Part shown: in pieces, positions 49,251 to 59,812 of the stretch
Numbering within the stretch: the first letter of the stretch is position 1
Layout: the number at the start of each line of letters is the position of its first letter
Origin: Candidatus Doudnabacteria bacterium
Lineage (GTDB): Bacteria; Patescibacteriota; Doudnabacteria; UBA920
Direction of reading: 5' to 3'
Assembly: GCA_038230955.1 (NCBI GenBank)
Contig: JBBRMG010000001.1
Location: 18,312-82,311 of the forward strand
Length of the DNA: 64,000 bases
Position numbers and translations under genes: made by a program
The notes under the pieces: generated by a model
Database searches by the model: none
Seen by the model: only the letters and a program-made list of their open reading frames with translations
What the model was told of the DNA's origin: nothing

Positions 49251-50102
49251 TTATTTCCAAGCTTTATTTCGCAAAGCCTTAAGCTTTTTGATGTCTGCCA
49301 CTACTTTATCATGCTCAGTTTCCAAAATCAAGGGGATGTCAAGACTGCGAGACTTGAGGAATCCGAGAATAGCCTCAAACCCTTTAACTCCAATTTCTCC
49401 GTCACCAATATGCTCATGGCGATCTCGGTGCGAACCTAGTTCAACTTTAGAATCATTGGCGTGCATCATGCAAAGCTTATCGAGTCCGACAACTTTTTCA
49501 AACTGAGCGAAAGTATCGGCAGCTGCTTTCGACGTGCGCAGGTCATAACCAGAACCGAACGCATGTTGAGTGTCAAAACAAATTCCACCAAACCCTTTGT
49601 GCTTTTTTATCTTGCTCATTATGAAGGCAATTTCTTCGAATGTGTCTCCTACTACACTACCTGCACCAGCGGAGATTTCAATTAACAACTTTGTTGTCCC
49701 TTTATAGCCATCGAGCACTTCTGCTAATCCGTCTCGTACTTGCTTCAGTCCATTCTGCTCGTTGTCTTTCAGGCTACCAGGGTGGAACATGAGGTACTTG
49801 GCCCCCAGCATAGTTCCTCGCTCCAGCTCTGTGCGAATAATAGACACGGAACCATTATAAGTTTTAGGATTAATGGACCCAAAGTTGATGATGTACGGCG
49901 CGTGAATAACAAAGTCGGTAAACCCATGCTCATCCATGGCGGCTCGGAATTTTTCGATAGTCTCTTCGGTAATTGGCGCAACTGGGCCACCATGGGGACT
50001 GCGCGAAAATATCTGGAACGTTTCGCATCCTAAATCTGCCGCGTTTTGCGGCGCGTTCCAAAGCCCGCCAGCAATAGATACGTGACATCCAATTTTGGCC
50101 AT
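49251..50102 (-). CDS. nfo: endonuclease IV
   Basis: IGCHVSIAGG, HAPYIIN, HPGS, CFDTQH, HANDSK, DRHEHIG. Confidence 0.95.
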   Translation of the reverse strand: MAKIGCHVSIAGGLWNAPQNAADLGCETFQIFSRSPHGGPVAPITEETIEKFRAAMDEHGFTDFVIHAPYIINFGSINPKTYNGSVSIIRTELERGTMLGAKYLMFHPGSLKDNEQNGLKQVRDGLAEVLDGYKGTTKLLIEISAGAGSVVGDTFEEIAFIMSKIKKHKGFGGICFDTQHAFGSGYDLRTSKAAADTFAQFEKVVGLDKLCMMHANDSKVELGSHRDRHEHIGDGEIGVKGFEAILGFLKSRSLDIPLILETEHDKVVADIKKLKALRNKAWK

Positions 50103-50143
50103 GCTTTTTGGGGTTGTTTTTACATTAAGTTTTTTCGGCATCA

Positions 50144-51412
50144 TTAAATCTTTAATAGCTTTTTAAATTTCTTGTCCTGTTTGTACGGCCCAATAATTGC
50201 TAGGTTCATTTTATTTGAGCTAAATAAAAACTTAGCCAGCTTCATCACGTCAGCGGCCGTGACCTTATCTATTTCAGCAAACAACTGAGCAGGTTGTTGA
50301 ATTTTATCATGAAACGCTTCTTGCTCTAAAAACCAATCAAGCCTTGTCTGACTGTCTTCTAGTGCCAAAGTTGTACGGCCTTTTAAATAAGCTTTCGCTT
50401 TTTTTAACTCCCGTGGCTCCAGCGGTATAGTTTTTATTTTTTGCAATTCTTCTAATATAACTTTAATGGCTTCTTCCGCTTTATCGATTTGCACCCCAGC
50501 ATTAACGTGAAAAGCTCCGGTATCTTGATAATTACTAGAGCTGCTATATATATAGTAAGCCAAACCCCGTCGCTCCCGAATTTCATAAAACAACCGCGAA
50601 CTCATTCCTCCACCTAAAACAGCGCTTAACACCGAACCGGCGGCATTACGCTTATCATTCACATGCAGACCTCGAAAGGCCAAAGACATATGGGCTTGCT
50701 CTGTGACTTTATACCTAACAGCTAAGCCCGGGCGTTTTTGCGTGCTTGTCGCCCGCTTCCACTTTGACATTGGTTGTTTTTCCAGAGGTGCCCAATACCG
50801 TTTAATCATTTTGTCTACATCAGTTTGTTTAAACTTACCAGAAATTCCAATAATAATATTGGTGGTTTTATAATGCTTTTTCAAATAATCCAAAAACATT
50901 TTTTGCGTCAAACCCATAATAGTCTGCTTGGTGCCAATGATATCACGGCCTAAAGGTTGGTCTGGCCACATCAATTGTTCCACCACGTTATCAATTTCAT
51001 ATCGCGGCGAATCCTTATACATATTTAGCTCTTCAATGATCACGCCCTTTTCTCGTTCTAGCTCGTCTTTGTCTAGGAGCGGTTGTTGCAACATATCTGT
51101 TAACACTTCAAATATCATTGGCAAGTGATCATTGTGGGCTTTAATGTAATACTGCGTGTGCTCACGACCAGTGTTAGCGTTCATCTCTCCGCCAATGGAA
51201 TCTATCATTTCAGTAATCATCAACGACGAAGGATATTTTTTTGTCCCTTTAAATAAAAAGTGTTCCAAGAAATGAGAGATGCCACTTTCCTGAGCCACTT
51301 CGGAGCGTGATCCGGTTTTTACAAATAGATCTACCACAACGCTCTGCGCGTCGGCGCTAGGAACAGTAATAATAGTTAATCCGTTGGGCAATACTGTGCG
51401 CTTGTATTTCAT
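50144..51412 (-). CDS. M16 family zinc peptidase
   Basis: GISHFLEHFLFKGT, SSRLFYEIRERRGLAY. Confidence 0.93.
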   Translation of the reverse strand: MKYKRTVLPNGLTIITVPSADAQSVVVDLFVKTGSRSEVAQESGISHFLEHFLFKGTKKYPSSLMITEMIDSIGGEMNANTGREHTQYYIKAHNDHLPMIFEVLTDMLQQPLLDKDELEREKGVIIEELNMYKDSPRYEIDNVVEQLMWPDQPLGRDIIGTKQTIMGLTQKMFLDYLKKHYKTTNIIIGISGKFKQTDVDKMIKRYWAPLEKQPMSKWKRATSTQKRPGLAVRYKVTEQAHMSLAFRGLHVNDKRNAAGSVLSAVLGGGMSSRLFYEIRERRGLAYYIYSSSSNYQDTGAFHVNAGVQIDKAEEAIKVILEELQKIKTIPLEPRELKKAKAYLKGRTTLALEDSQTRLDWFLEQEAFHDKIQQPAQLFAEIDKVTAADVMKLAKFLFSSNKMNLAIIGPYKQDKKFKKLLKI

Positions 51413-52449
51413 AAAATAATATTACTTTTTAAGGCTGTGTCTACCATGGCCAATCTATGCGCTCTACCATTATCTAAATACACTAAATCCTCAATGCGCA
51501 CGCCGCCCGTTTTTGGTTGATAGACACCAGGTTCAATGCTAAATACCATTCCGTCAGATAATACATTGTCTGCTTGAGGGCCAACAAAAGGCAATTCATG
51601 TACTTCCAACCCCGTACCATGTCCAAGCGAGTGAATGAAATATTTTTCCAATTTAACGTGCTTTAAGTAAGCGCGAGCAATTGCATCTAGCTCTCCCCCG
51701 GTCATGCCACTTTGAGCAGTCTGGAGTGATTCCAAATAGGCCGCTTCCACATGATTATAAACTTGCCTCATTTTTGAAGACGCAGATTTTAAAAACACTG
51801 TTCGCGTAAAATCACTGCAATATCCATTTAACTTAAACCCGAAGTCTAATACAATCGGTTCACCCGATTTTATTATTTGCTCTGTTGGATGATGATGCGG
51901 CACTGCCGAATTTTTTCCTGTCGCGACAATTGGATCAAAGCTGACATCGTCGGCGCCCAGTTCTAATCCCCAAACACGAATATAGCGGGCCAACCCAATT
52001 TCCGTCCATCGCTGAGATTTCAATTTGCGTTTCATAATATCAAAAACGGCGGCAGTCAGTTGCGCTACCTCTTGTAGATTAGCAATTTCTTCAGCTGACT
52101 TAATTTCTCGCATCATGCTTACTGGGCTTATAACTGCTTTACAGGTAACCCCTTTCAACATTTTCTTGATGTGTTCAAACTCTTTTACGGAAGTGAACGA
52201 CTCTATCCCTAACGATTTAAACGGCTTAACGTACTTAGCCATTTCGTGGAATGCACCAAACTTTAAACCTCTTGGCGATTCCAAAGCAAAACCCAAAAAT
52301 ATTGGTGGTTTTCTACTAGACTTTGGGTAAACTAAAAGACTGCCATCAATAAAGCTGTGGCCGGTTAAATATATTAAATGCTCCTTTTTGGTTACCAATA
52401 GAGGGGCTGTTAGCATTGTGGCTAACAGGTCAATCCGATGTTGCAACAT
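51409..52449 (-). CDS. M24 Xaa-Pro aminopeptidase
   Basis: DFG...YCSDFTRT, HSLGHGTGLEVHE, EPGVY, GVRIED. Confidence 0.92.
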   Translation of the reverse strand: MLQHRIDLLATMLTAPLLVTKKEHLIYLTGHSFIDGSLLVYPKSSRKPPIFLGFALESPRGLKFGAFHEMAKYVKPFKSLGIESFTSVKEFEHIKKMLKGVTCKAVISPVSMMREIKSAEEIANLQEVAQLTAAVFDIMKRKLKSQRWTEIGLARYIRVWGLELGADDVSFDPIVATGKNSAVPHHHPTEQIIKSGEPIVLDFGFKLNGYCSDFTRTVFLKSASSKMRQVYNHVEAAYLESLQTAQSGMTGGELDAIARAYLKHVKLEKYFIHSLGHGTGLEVHELPFVGPQADNVLSDGMVFSIEPGVYQPKTGGVRIEDLVYLDNGRAHRLAMVDTALKSNIIL

Positions 52450-52451
52450 AA

Positions 52452-53849
52452 TTAAAGTTTCTCTGCTATATATTTCTCAACATCAGCAATACTAATTCGC
52501 TCCTGATCAGTAGTGTCCCGGTTCCGAATCGTTACTGTATCATCTTCTAGCGATTGAAAATCAACGGTCACACAAAACGGTGTTCCAATTTCATCCTGAC
52601 TGTAATAGCGTTTCCCTACGTTACCCCGTTCATCCCAGGCCGTAGTGAATTTCATTTTCAATGCGTCAAAAATGCCGCGTGCTTTTTCTACCAGCTCCGG
52701 CTTGTTCGCCAGTAACGGAAATACTGCCACTTTATAAGGAGCGAGGGCTGGCGGCAACTGCAAATAAATCCGCTTGTTGTCATTCTCTCCTTCTTCCCGA
52801 TAAGAATTCAAAAGCACCATGGCCATTAGTCGATTAATGCCCACGGCCGGCTCTATCACATGTGGGACAAATTTTCGATTGGTATGTGGATCGGCGTATT
52901 GCAAATCAACACCCGAGTGCTTCATGTGTTGCTGCAAATCATAGTCAGTTCGGTAGGCCAAGCCCCACAGCTCTTTGAAACCGAACGGAAAGTTGTATTC
53001 CATATCTTCTGTTCGCTTGCTGTAAAAACTACGCTCCTGATCATCATGCTCACGCCAACGCAAATCTTCTGGGGTAATATTCAAAATTTCAGTAACAAAT
53101 TGCCACATGTCTTTTTTCCATTGTTCAAATAATTCTTCCCACTTAGCTGCTTCTGGGTCAAAGAAGTATTCAATCTCAGCTAGTTCAAATTCTAGAGTGC
53201 GGAAAATAAAATTGCCTTTAGTGATTTCGTTGCGGAAACTCTTACCGACTTGGCCGACCCCGAATGGCAAGCGCACCCGTGTTGAGTCCAATATATTTTT
53301 AAACGATACAAAAATCCCTTGTGCAGTTTCACCGCGCAAATAGGCTTTAGATTGGGCTTCCGGTACAATCCCAATATTGGTTTCAAACAGTAAATTAAAC
53401 CGACGAACGGGGGTCCAATCAAACTTTTTGCAACTAGGGCAAGCAATTTTATTTTCCTGAATAACTGCATCGAGCTCAGAGTCGGTCTTGCCTTCCACTA
53501 AGATACTTTCCCCTTTCGCTGTAAAAAAATCTTCAATCAAATGATCTGCGCGGGTGCGGTGTTGGCAATTTTTGCAATCAATCAACGCGTCAGCAAAACC
53601 GGCCACGTGACCACTGGCTTCCCAGACTTTGGGATGCAATATGATAGATGAGTCCAGTCCCACCATGTCGGGCCTGGAACGAACAAAAAACTGCCACCAT
53701 GCATCTATAATATTCTTTTTTAATTCCACACCGGTTGGCCCATACTCATAGCTATTTGCTAGGCCGCCATAGATTTCACTACCAGGAAAAACAAAACCAC
53801 GTCGCTTGCACAGCGCTACAATTTTATCCATCATATCTGGGTTTTTCAT
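52452..53849 (-). CDS. glyS: glycine--tRNA ligase, alpha2 (homodimeric) type
   Basis: KRRGFVFPGSEIYGG, LRGETAQG, FRNEI, VIEPAVG, DEIGTPFCVTVD. Confidence 0.95.
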   Translation of the reverse strand: MKNPDMMDKIVALCKRRGFVFPGSEIYGGLANSYEYGPTGVELKKNIIDAWWQFFVRSRPDMVGLDSSIILHPKVWEASGHVAGFADALIDCKNCQHRTRADHLIEDFFTAKGESILVEGKTDSELDAVIQENKIACPSCKKFDWTPVRRFNLLFETNIGIVPEAQSKAYLRGETAQGIFVSFKNILDSTRVRLPFGVGQVGKSFRNEITKGNFIFRTLEFELAEIEYFFDPEAAKWEELFEQWKKDMWQFVTEILNITPEDLRWREHDDQERSFYSKRTEDMEYNFPFGFKELWGLAYRTDYDLQQHMKHSGVDLQYADPHTNRKFVPHVIEPAVGINRLMAMVLLNSYREEGENDNKRIYLQLPPALAPYKVAVFPLLANKPELVEKARGIFDALKMKFTTAWDERGNVGKRYYSQDEIGTPFCVTVDFQSLEDDTVTIRNRDTTDQERISIADVEKYIAEKL

Positions 53850-53894
53850 GCCCTAAGTATAGCAAAAGCCAGCCTGAGCGACAACGAGCCTATT

Positions 53895-54392
53895 TCATTC
53901 GCTCAACATCAAAGCGCCCTTTATTTTCCCCATATCCTTCTCTAGTTTGACGATGCGCACGGCTGCATTACCGCCCGCCTCCAACTTTCCAATTCGACCA
54001 TTCATGGAGTCCAATCGAATGCCAATCTCTTGGAAACGTACATCCACTTGTTGGAACCGAATTTCAATTTTATCAAATCGCTTATCAATTTGAATAAACC
54101 TAGCGTCAATCTGCTCGAAACGCTTATCTATTTGAATGAAACGTTCGTCAATCTGTTCGAAACGTTCATCCATCTTATCGAAACGCTCGTCAATCTGCTC
54201 AAATTTGAGATCCATTTTCTGGAAGCGCTCTTCCATGGGATTGGCAATTGTTTCGGCAATAATGCTTGCTAGCTCGTCAATGGCGTTCTGAACATCCTGC
54301 TTAGTTGCCATATTTGCCAAGTCATATTTAACGGCAAAGTTGTCTAGTGTTTTATCAAGATGCTGTTCGAAGTATTCTTTTGTTAGTTCCAT
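53895..54392 (-). CDS. heptad-repeat coiled-coil protein
   Basis: About ten tandem (R/K)F(E/I/D/Q)(Q/K)(I/M)Dx heptads. Confidence 0.75.
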   Translation of the reverse strand: MELTKEYFEQHLDKTLDNFAVKYDLANMATKQDVQNAIDELASIIAETIANPMEERFQKMDLKFEQIDERFDKMDERFEQIDERFIQIDKRFEQIDARFIQIDKRFDKIEIRFQQVDVRFQEIGIRLDSMNGRIGKLEAGGNAAVRIVKLEKDMGKIKGALMLSE

Positions 54393-54497
54393 AGTGCTTT
54401 GATTTTAATCGTATTTGCACTATAACAGAGCAGTGTTCAAGATAAGTTAAAGAAATTCTAAAGTCTTGCTAAAATAAACACACTACTGACTTTTAAT

Positions 54498-55706
54498 CTA
54501 AGGTGTGTTTGATGTTTGATGTCGCAAATATCGGGAAGCAGAACGAGGATTATCAGAAATCTCTCGATAATTAAACAAAATTTCATCAAAATAGTCATAT
54601 TGAATGGCGGTGCGAATTTTTTCCATCAAATTTAAGTAAAATCGCAAATTGTGCATAGTGGCTAACCGCGTGCCCAATATTTCTCCACTAGCCAATAAGT
54701 GCCGCAAGTAAGCGCGGGTATGGTTTAAGCATAAATAACAGTTACAGCTCGTATCGACTGGCGTAAAATCTTCTTTGTACTTTTCTAGTCGTACATCCAT
54801 GGTTTCGTAGCCCTCTTTACCCTCATCATCACGGGCCGCAATATATAGGCGCCCATGGCGAGCTTCGCGAGTTGGAATTACACAATCAAAAGTATCACAG
54901 CCCCGAGACACGCCTTGGACTATGTCATAAGGAGTACCAACGCCAAGTAAATGCTTCGGCGCATTCTCCGGTAAATATGGAATTGAATACTCAACAGCGC
55001 GCATCATTTCTTCATGTGGCTCACCCACCGCTACACCACCAATGGCGAACCCAGGAAAACCAAGCTTAGCCATTCCTTTAGCGCTTTGCTCACGCAAATC
55101 TGAGAAGCTTGCACCTTGCACAATCCCCCACAGCTTTTGTCCTGGGTTAATAGGGTCAGCAGATGCCATAATTCTATCGTACTCACGAATAGCTCGTTCA
55201 GCCCATCGCTCAGTTAATTCAATAGATTCTTTACTGCGAGCATGTTCAAATGGATAGCCAGGAAAATCATCCAAAATTAAGGCTACATCACTGCCCAGAT
55301 TAGCCTGAATATCTACAGATTTTTCTGGTGATAAAATTTCTTGCTTACCGTCTAAATCAAACTGAAACAGCACGCCGGCTTCCATAACTTTACGGAACTT
55401 GGCCAATGAAAAAACTTGGAACCCACCCGAGTCAGTGAAAATCGGCCCTTTCCAGTTCATGAACTTGTGCAGTCCCCCAGCTTTATAAATTAACCCATCG
55501 CCGGGTCGCTGCCACAAATGATAGGTATTAGCCAAGACCATGGTCGCACCCCAAAATTTAATTTCCTCACTGGTCACTGTTTTAACAGTACCTTTGGTAC
55601 CTATAGGCAAAAACTGCGGTGTTAAAACATCGCCATGTTCAGTATGAATTATGCCGTTGCGGGCCAACGACTTACCATCTTTTTTCAGTATTTCGAAGTA
55701 GTCCAT
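54498..55706 (-). CDS. tgt: tRNA-guanine transglycosylase
   Basis: NTYHL, TDSGGFQVFSL, GIVQG, FDCVIPTR, CNCYLC. Confidence 0.96.
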   Translation of the reverse strand: MDYFEILKKDGKSLARNGIIHTEHGDVLTPQFLPIGTKGTVKTVTSEEIKFWGATMVLANTYHLWQRPGDGLIYKAGGLHKFMNWKGPIFTDSGGFQVFSLAKFRKVMEAGVLFQFDLDGKQEILSPEKSVDIQANLGSDVALILDDFPGYPFEHARSKESIELTERWAERAIREYDRIMASADPINPGQKLWGIVQGASFSDLREQSAKGMAKLGFPGFAIGGVAVGEPHEEMMRAVEYSIPYLPENAPKHLLGVGTPYDIVQGVSRGCDTFDCVIPTREARHGRLYIAARDDEGKEGYETMDVRLEKYKEDFTPVDTSCNCYLCLNHTRAYLRHLLASGEILGTRLATMHNLRFYLNLMEKIRTAIQYDYFDEILFNYREISDNPRSASRYLRHQTSNTP

Positions 55707-55719
55707 ATGTATATATTAA

Positions 55720-55825
55720 ATACTGGGGGTTACCGTATCGAAACTAGGTTGCCTAGGAGCTGCGCTCACTAAGTGAGCTAGCTCCTGACGGCGCCAATAG
55801 TTTCTCTAACGGCAACTCCCAGTAT
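55720..55825 (-). repeat. dispersed structured hairpin element, copy 3 (between pnp and tgt)
   Basis: Minus strand AGAAACTATTGGCGCCGT...CTAGGCAACCTAGTTTCG inside outer stem ATACTGGG.GTT.CCGT/ACGG.AAC.CCCAGTAT. Confidence 0.85.
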
Positions 55826-55846
55826 CAAAGTATTGCAATAGTAATT

Positions 55847-58099
55847 TTAACGTGAAGACCGACCGCGGTCATTCCCACCGCTGCGACGGAACCCGCCGCC
55901 GCCACTGCCGCCAGAAGATGGTCGCCGCTCAAAACTCCCTGCACTTGCAGCACTTGCGGCTAACTGTTCTGGGGTGGCTTCCGGCGCAAATGGTTTGTGA
56001 GTTAAGTTAATCCGGCCTTGGTCATCAATTTCTTGAACTTTTACTTTCAAGATATCACCAACCTTCACCACGTCCTCAACTTTAGTCACCCGGTAATTTG
56101 CTAATTGAGAAATATGAACCATTCCGTCTTTGCCAGGAAGAATTTCAACGAATGCACCGAAGTCCATAAGTTTTACAACTTTGCCGTCGAACACTTCACC
56201 CGGTTCAACTTCACGCACAATATCTTTTATCATTTGCAAAGCTTTATCAGAAGCGGCGGCATCGACAGAGGTCACCATGACTAAACCACTGTCTTCAATA
56301 TCAATTTTTACGCCTGGGCATTCAGCAATAATTCCGTTGATAACTTTACCACCAGCCCCAATAACTTCGCGAATCTTTTCTGGATCAATCATGAAAGAGG
56401 TAATGCGTGGAGCATACTTGGAAAGATCGGCACGAGGTGCATCCAACGCTTCTTTCATCTTACTAATAATATGCATGCGAGCAGGCTTTGCTTGTTCCAA
56501 GGCTTGAGCCAAAATTTCTGCGGTTAGCCCCTTTACCTTAATGTCCAACTGAAGTGCACTAACACCTTTTTCGCTACCAGTAACTTTAAAGTCCATGTGA
56601 CCGTTAAAATCTTCAATCCCGGCAATGTCAGTTAAAACTTTGAAATGGTTTGTATTCGATTCATCCATAACCAGGCCCATAGCTACGCCACCAATAATAT
56701 CTGTAATCGGTACACCAGCATCCATTAGTGCTAAAGTTGAACCACAAGTACTGGCCATAGAAGTAGAGCCGTTAGAGGACATGGTTTCAGAAACAAGGCG
56801 CATAGTGTATGGAAAATCTTCTTGCTTTGGTAAAACAATTTCAACAGCCCGTTCTGCTAATGCCCCATGGCCAATTTCTCGACGACCAGCACCGCGTAAA
56901 GGCTGGACTTCACCGACACTGTATCCAGGGAAGTTATAATGATGAATATAGCGCTTGGAACGCCCTTCGGTTGGATCCTGCATGCCGTCGAGCAACTGTT
57001 CATCGCCTTTGCTCCCTAATGTCACAATGGTTAAAACCTGAGTTTCACCACGAGTAAACAAAGCCGAACCATGAGTGCGCGGTAAAATACCAACTTCTGC
57101 TGAAATTTTCCGAGTTTCAGTTAAAGCACGGCCATCAACCCGTCGATCTTTTTCAAGAATCTGATGTTGCTGGTACTTTTTAAGCACCTTATCAATGGCA
57201 TCATTAGCGTCCTGAGAAACTTTCACTCCTTCAATTTCACCCAGAGCGGACTGAGTCCCTTCAATAACTTCTAAAATTAAAGCGTTCATATTTATTTCTC
57301 GCTGGGCTTTATCTGACACATAAACGGCCGCTTCTATCTTCGCGTCAGTCAATAAAGCTTTAACTTGCTCGACTACCTGCGGGTTTAATTCATGAATTGA
57401 TGGTGTCACTTTGTCATGACCGACTTCAGTTTGGAACTTAACCTGTGTTTCAGCCAACGCTTTCAAGTGAATCTGGGCGAATTTAATGCCCTCTACTATT
57501 TCTTCTTCCGATACCAAGCTAGCCCCAGCTTCTACCATAATAATATGTTCGGCAGTACCACAAACAATTAAATCTAACGGGCTTTGATCGCGCTGTTCAT
57601 GAGTAGGATTAACAACATACTGACCGTCTACCTTACCCACGCGCACGCCACCAACAGGACCGTCAAATGGAATGTTGGAAATATGTAAAGCCATGGCAGC
57701 AGCATTCACTGCTAACATATCAGGATCATTTTCGCCATCGAAAGACAATACAGTGACAACCACTTGCACGTCATTGCGCATTCCATAAGGGAACATTGGG
57801 CGCAGAGTACGATCAATAACACGGCCGGTTAAAATAGCATCATCCGTAGCGCGACCTTCACGCTTGACCCAACGACTACCCTTAATTTTACCCGCAGCGT
57901 ACAAACGTTCTTCGTAATCTACTAGCAGTGGGAAATAATCGATATTATCTCGCGGTGTTTTCTTCAACACAACAGTGGCCAGAACGACTGTGTCGCCTAA
58001 CCGAGCTACCACTGCGCCATTAGCTTGCTGAGCCAGTTTACCTGTCTCAAAGCTAATGTTCCCGTCACCAATCGGTACGGAGATCTTTTTTTCTTCCAT
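55847..58099 (-). CDS. pnp: polyribonucleotide nucleotidyltransferase
   Basis: RREIGHGALAERA, SNGSTSMAS, DFKVTG, KH and S1 domains. Confidence 0.98.
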   Translation of the reverse strand: MEEKKISVPIGDGNISFETGKLAQQANGAVVARLGDTVVLATVVLKKTPRDNIDYFPLLVDYEERLYAAGKIKGSRWVKREGRATDDAILTGRVIDRTLRPMFPYGMRNDVQVVVTVLSFDGENDPDMLAVNAAAMALHISNIPFDGPVGGVRVGKVDGQYVVNPTHEQRDQSPLDLIVCGTAEHIIMVEAGASLVSEEEIVEGIKFAQIHLKALAETQVKFQTEVGHDKVTPSIHELNPQVVEQVKALLTDAKIEAAVYVSDKAQREINMNALILEVIEGTQSALGEIEGVKVSQDANDAIDKVLKKYQQHQILEKDRRVDGRALTETRKISAEVGILPRTHGSALFTRGETQVLTIVTLGSKGDEQLLDGMQDPTEGRSKRYIHHYNFPGYSVGEVQPLRGAGRREIGHGALAERAVEIVLPKQEDFPYTMRLVSETMSSNGSTSMASTCGSTLALMDAGVPITDIIGGVAMGLVMDESNTNHFKVLTDIAGIEDFNGHMDFKVTGSEKGVSALQLDIKVKGLTAEILAQALEQAKPARMHIISKMKEALDAPRADLSKYAPRITSFMIDPEKIREVIGAGGKVINGIIAECPGVKIDIEDSGLVMVTSVDAAASDKALQMIKDIVREVEPGEVFDGKVVKLMDFGAFVEILPGKDGMVHISQLANYRVTKVEDVVKVGDILKVKVQEIDDQGRINLTHKPFAPEATPEQLAASAASAGSFERRPSSGGSGGGGFRRSGGNDRGRSSR

Positions 58100-58220
58100 A
58101 GTCTTATTCCTTCCGGTGTATCTATGCAGGAGCGGAAAGAAATTCCAAACATCAGAGTTTAATACCAATGTTTAAGCTATAATGCTTGGAATCTGCCTCT
58201 ACAATTTACACCAAATTAAT

Positions 58221-58601
58221 TTAACTGTCGTTCAGATCGAAATCTCTTAAAAACAATTCCGGATCTGGGGTACTGCCATAAAGAAAATGGCTAACATTTT
58301 CTTCAAACAAGTTCGCTGGCTTTGCTCGCAAGCGACCACGCTGCTCTTGCCACACTTCCCACCTCTTCATAAACTCTCTATAAGAGTCTGTTCCCGGGGC
58401 ACCGTATCGGGCTTCAATTAGCTCCGACTTAATCTTATCTGCGATTACAATAAACTGGCTTTTCTCATCCCAGCCGACTCCGCCCACAGTGCGCACGGCA
58501 ACTTTAATCTCTTGAATTTTCGGGTCAGCAAAAATTCGATTAACCACTTCCTCGGCTAATCCTATCCACTCACGCTCAAACTGATCAAGATCAACATTCA
58601 T
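58221..58601 (-). CDS. hypothetical protein between rpsO and pnp
   Basis: 126-aa ORF whose start overlaps the rpsO stop. Confidence 0.65.
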   Translation of the reverse strand: MNVDLDQFEREWIGLAEEVVNRIFADPKIQEIKVAVRTVGGVGWDEKSQFIVIADKIKSELIEARYGAPGTDSYREFMKRWEVWQEQRGRLRAKPANLFEENVSHFLYGSTPDPELFLRDFDLNDS

Positions 58602-58879
58602 TAGCTACTAGTATCTTTTTTCAATTTCAACTTGTCAGCAATTTTTTCGTAGCGCTTTTGGTCCTCACCTTTGAGGTATCGAAGCAAACGGCGGCGATTG
58701 CCTACCATCTTCAACAAACCGCGGCGGGAATGATTATCCTTGCGATGAATTTTCAAATGCTCGCTAACCTGATCAATCTCTTTGGTTAGAATAGCAATTT
58801 GCACTTCCGGGCTACCGGTATCGTCTTTATGCGTCTGAAATTTCTTTATCAGAGCATCTTTCTCTTTTTTACTTAACAT
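58601..58879 (-). CDS. rpsO: 30S ribosomal protein S15
   Basis: [28 protein letters not shown]. Confidence 0.97.
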   Translation of the reverse strand: MLSKKEKDALIKKFQTHKDDTGSPEVQIAILTKEIDQVSEHLKIHRKDNHSRRGLLKMVGNRRRLLRYLKGEDQKRYEKIADKLKLKKDTSS

Positions 58880-58987
58880 AAGGTCTCTGCCTTTCGTCTG
58901 CACGTGGCAGGCAGTAAAAGAAATCCTGCCCGTGGTAACTAATTAATAACTGTCCACATTATAAAGAAAAAACTGTTTTTTGGCAAA

Positions 58988-59764
58988 CTAGAGCTTTTTT
59001 TCGAATCGACAGCGTAGTAAACCGGGTAAATTTTTCATTTGATTGAACGAGCTAATCACTATCCCTATTCCACCACCTGGCATTTTTTTAATCAACGGGT
59101 TTACATCCATATTATTTAAAGCCGACTTCTTGATAACATAATGGTCATTAATCGTACCGGGCTGATCAGCGTTCACCATACTAACTTCAGAATACTGACC
59201 AGGGTGTAACTGATAATGTTTATATTCCTCTCGTGATCGCTCAGTCGCAAAATCAAAACCGTTCTTAAGTAGCCACTCAGATACTGGTGGCTGGGAACTA
59301 GCCGCTATTATAGCGTCCTCATTCACTAGACCCAACTGATGAATTAATTGTAGATATTGTTCAGTTTTTTCCCAAAACTCTGTCCCCGTAATACCTAACC
59401 CCTTAGTGTTAATTAATCGATGCTCCATATCCCATCGATGTAAATATGAATTTAAGTGACGGGCTACAATAATCTCCCCCATCTTGGGATCCCCGTCTTT
59501 AGCCTGTAGGCTAAAACTAACAAATTCATCTCCGGAAGACCGAATATCACGATCTATATAATATGCATAATCACCCCACTGTTTCTTGTAAGCCCGTTTT
59601 ATCAGCGATTTATCATCTTGTTTAATAGTAAACCTGGAAGCGGTCCAATTATCTTCCACTTCTTTAGGGTCAAACGGCTCTAAAAAGGCCGCCTTAACGT
59701 CGAGCTTATTCTCGCCCGCATGCATATTATCCAAAAATTCAGGGTTTTGTTGTTCTGGGTTCAT
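58988..59764 (-). CDS. hypothetical protein
   Basis: 258-aa ORF; weak GNAT-like pattern (KGLGITG...WLLKNGF). Confidence 0.6.
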   Translation of the reverse strand: MNPEQQNPEFLDNMHAGENKLDVKAAFLEPFDPKEVEDNWTASRFTIKQDDKSLIKRAYKKQWGDYAYYIDRDIRSSGDEFVSFSLQAKDGDPKMGEIIVARHLNSYLHRWDMEHRLINTKGLGITGTEFWEKTEQYLQLIHQLGLVNEDAIIAASSQPPVSEWLLKNGFDFATERSREEYKHYQLHPGQYSEVSMVNADQPGTINDHYVIKKSALNNMDVNPLIKKMPGGGIGIVISSFNQMKNLPGLLRCRFEKKL

Positions 59765-59812
59765 ATATATCTATTATACTAAATTCCACTAGAAGCGGTA
59801 TAATGAATTTAT

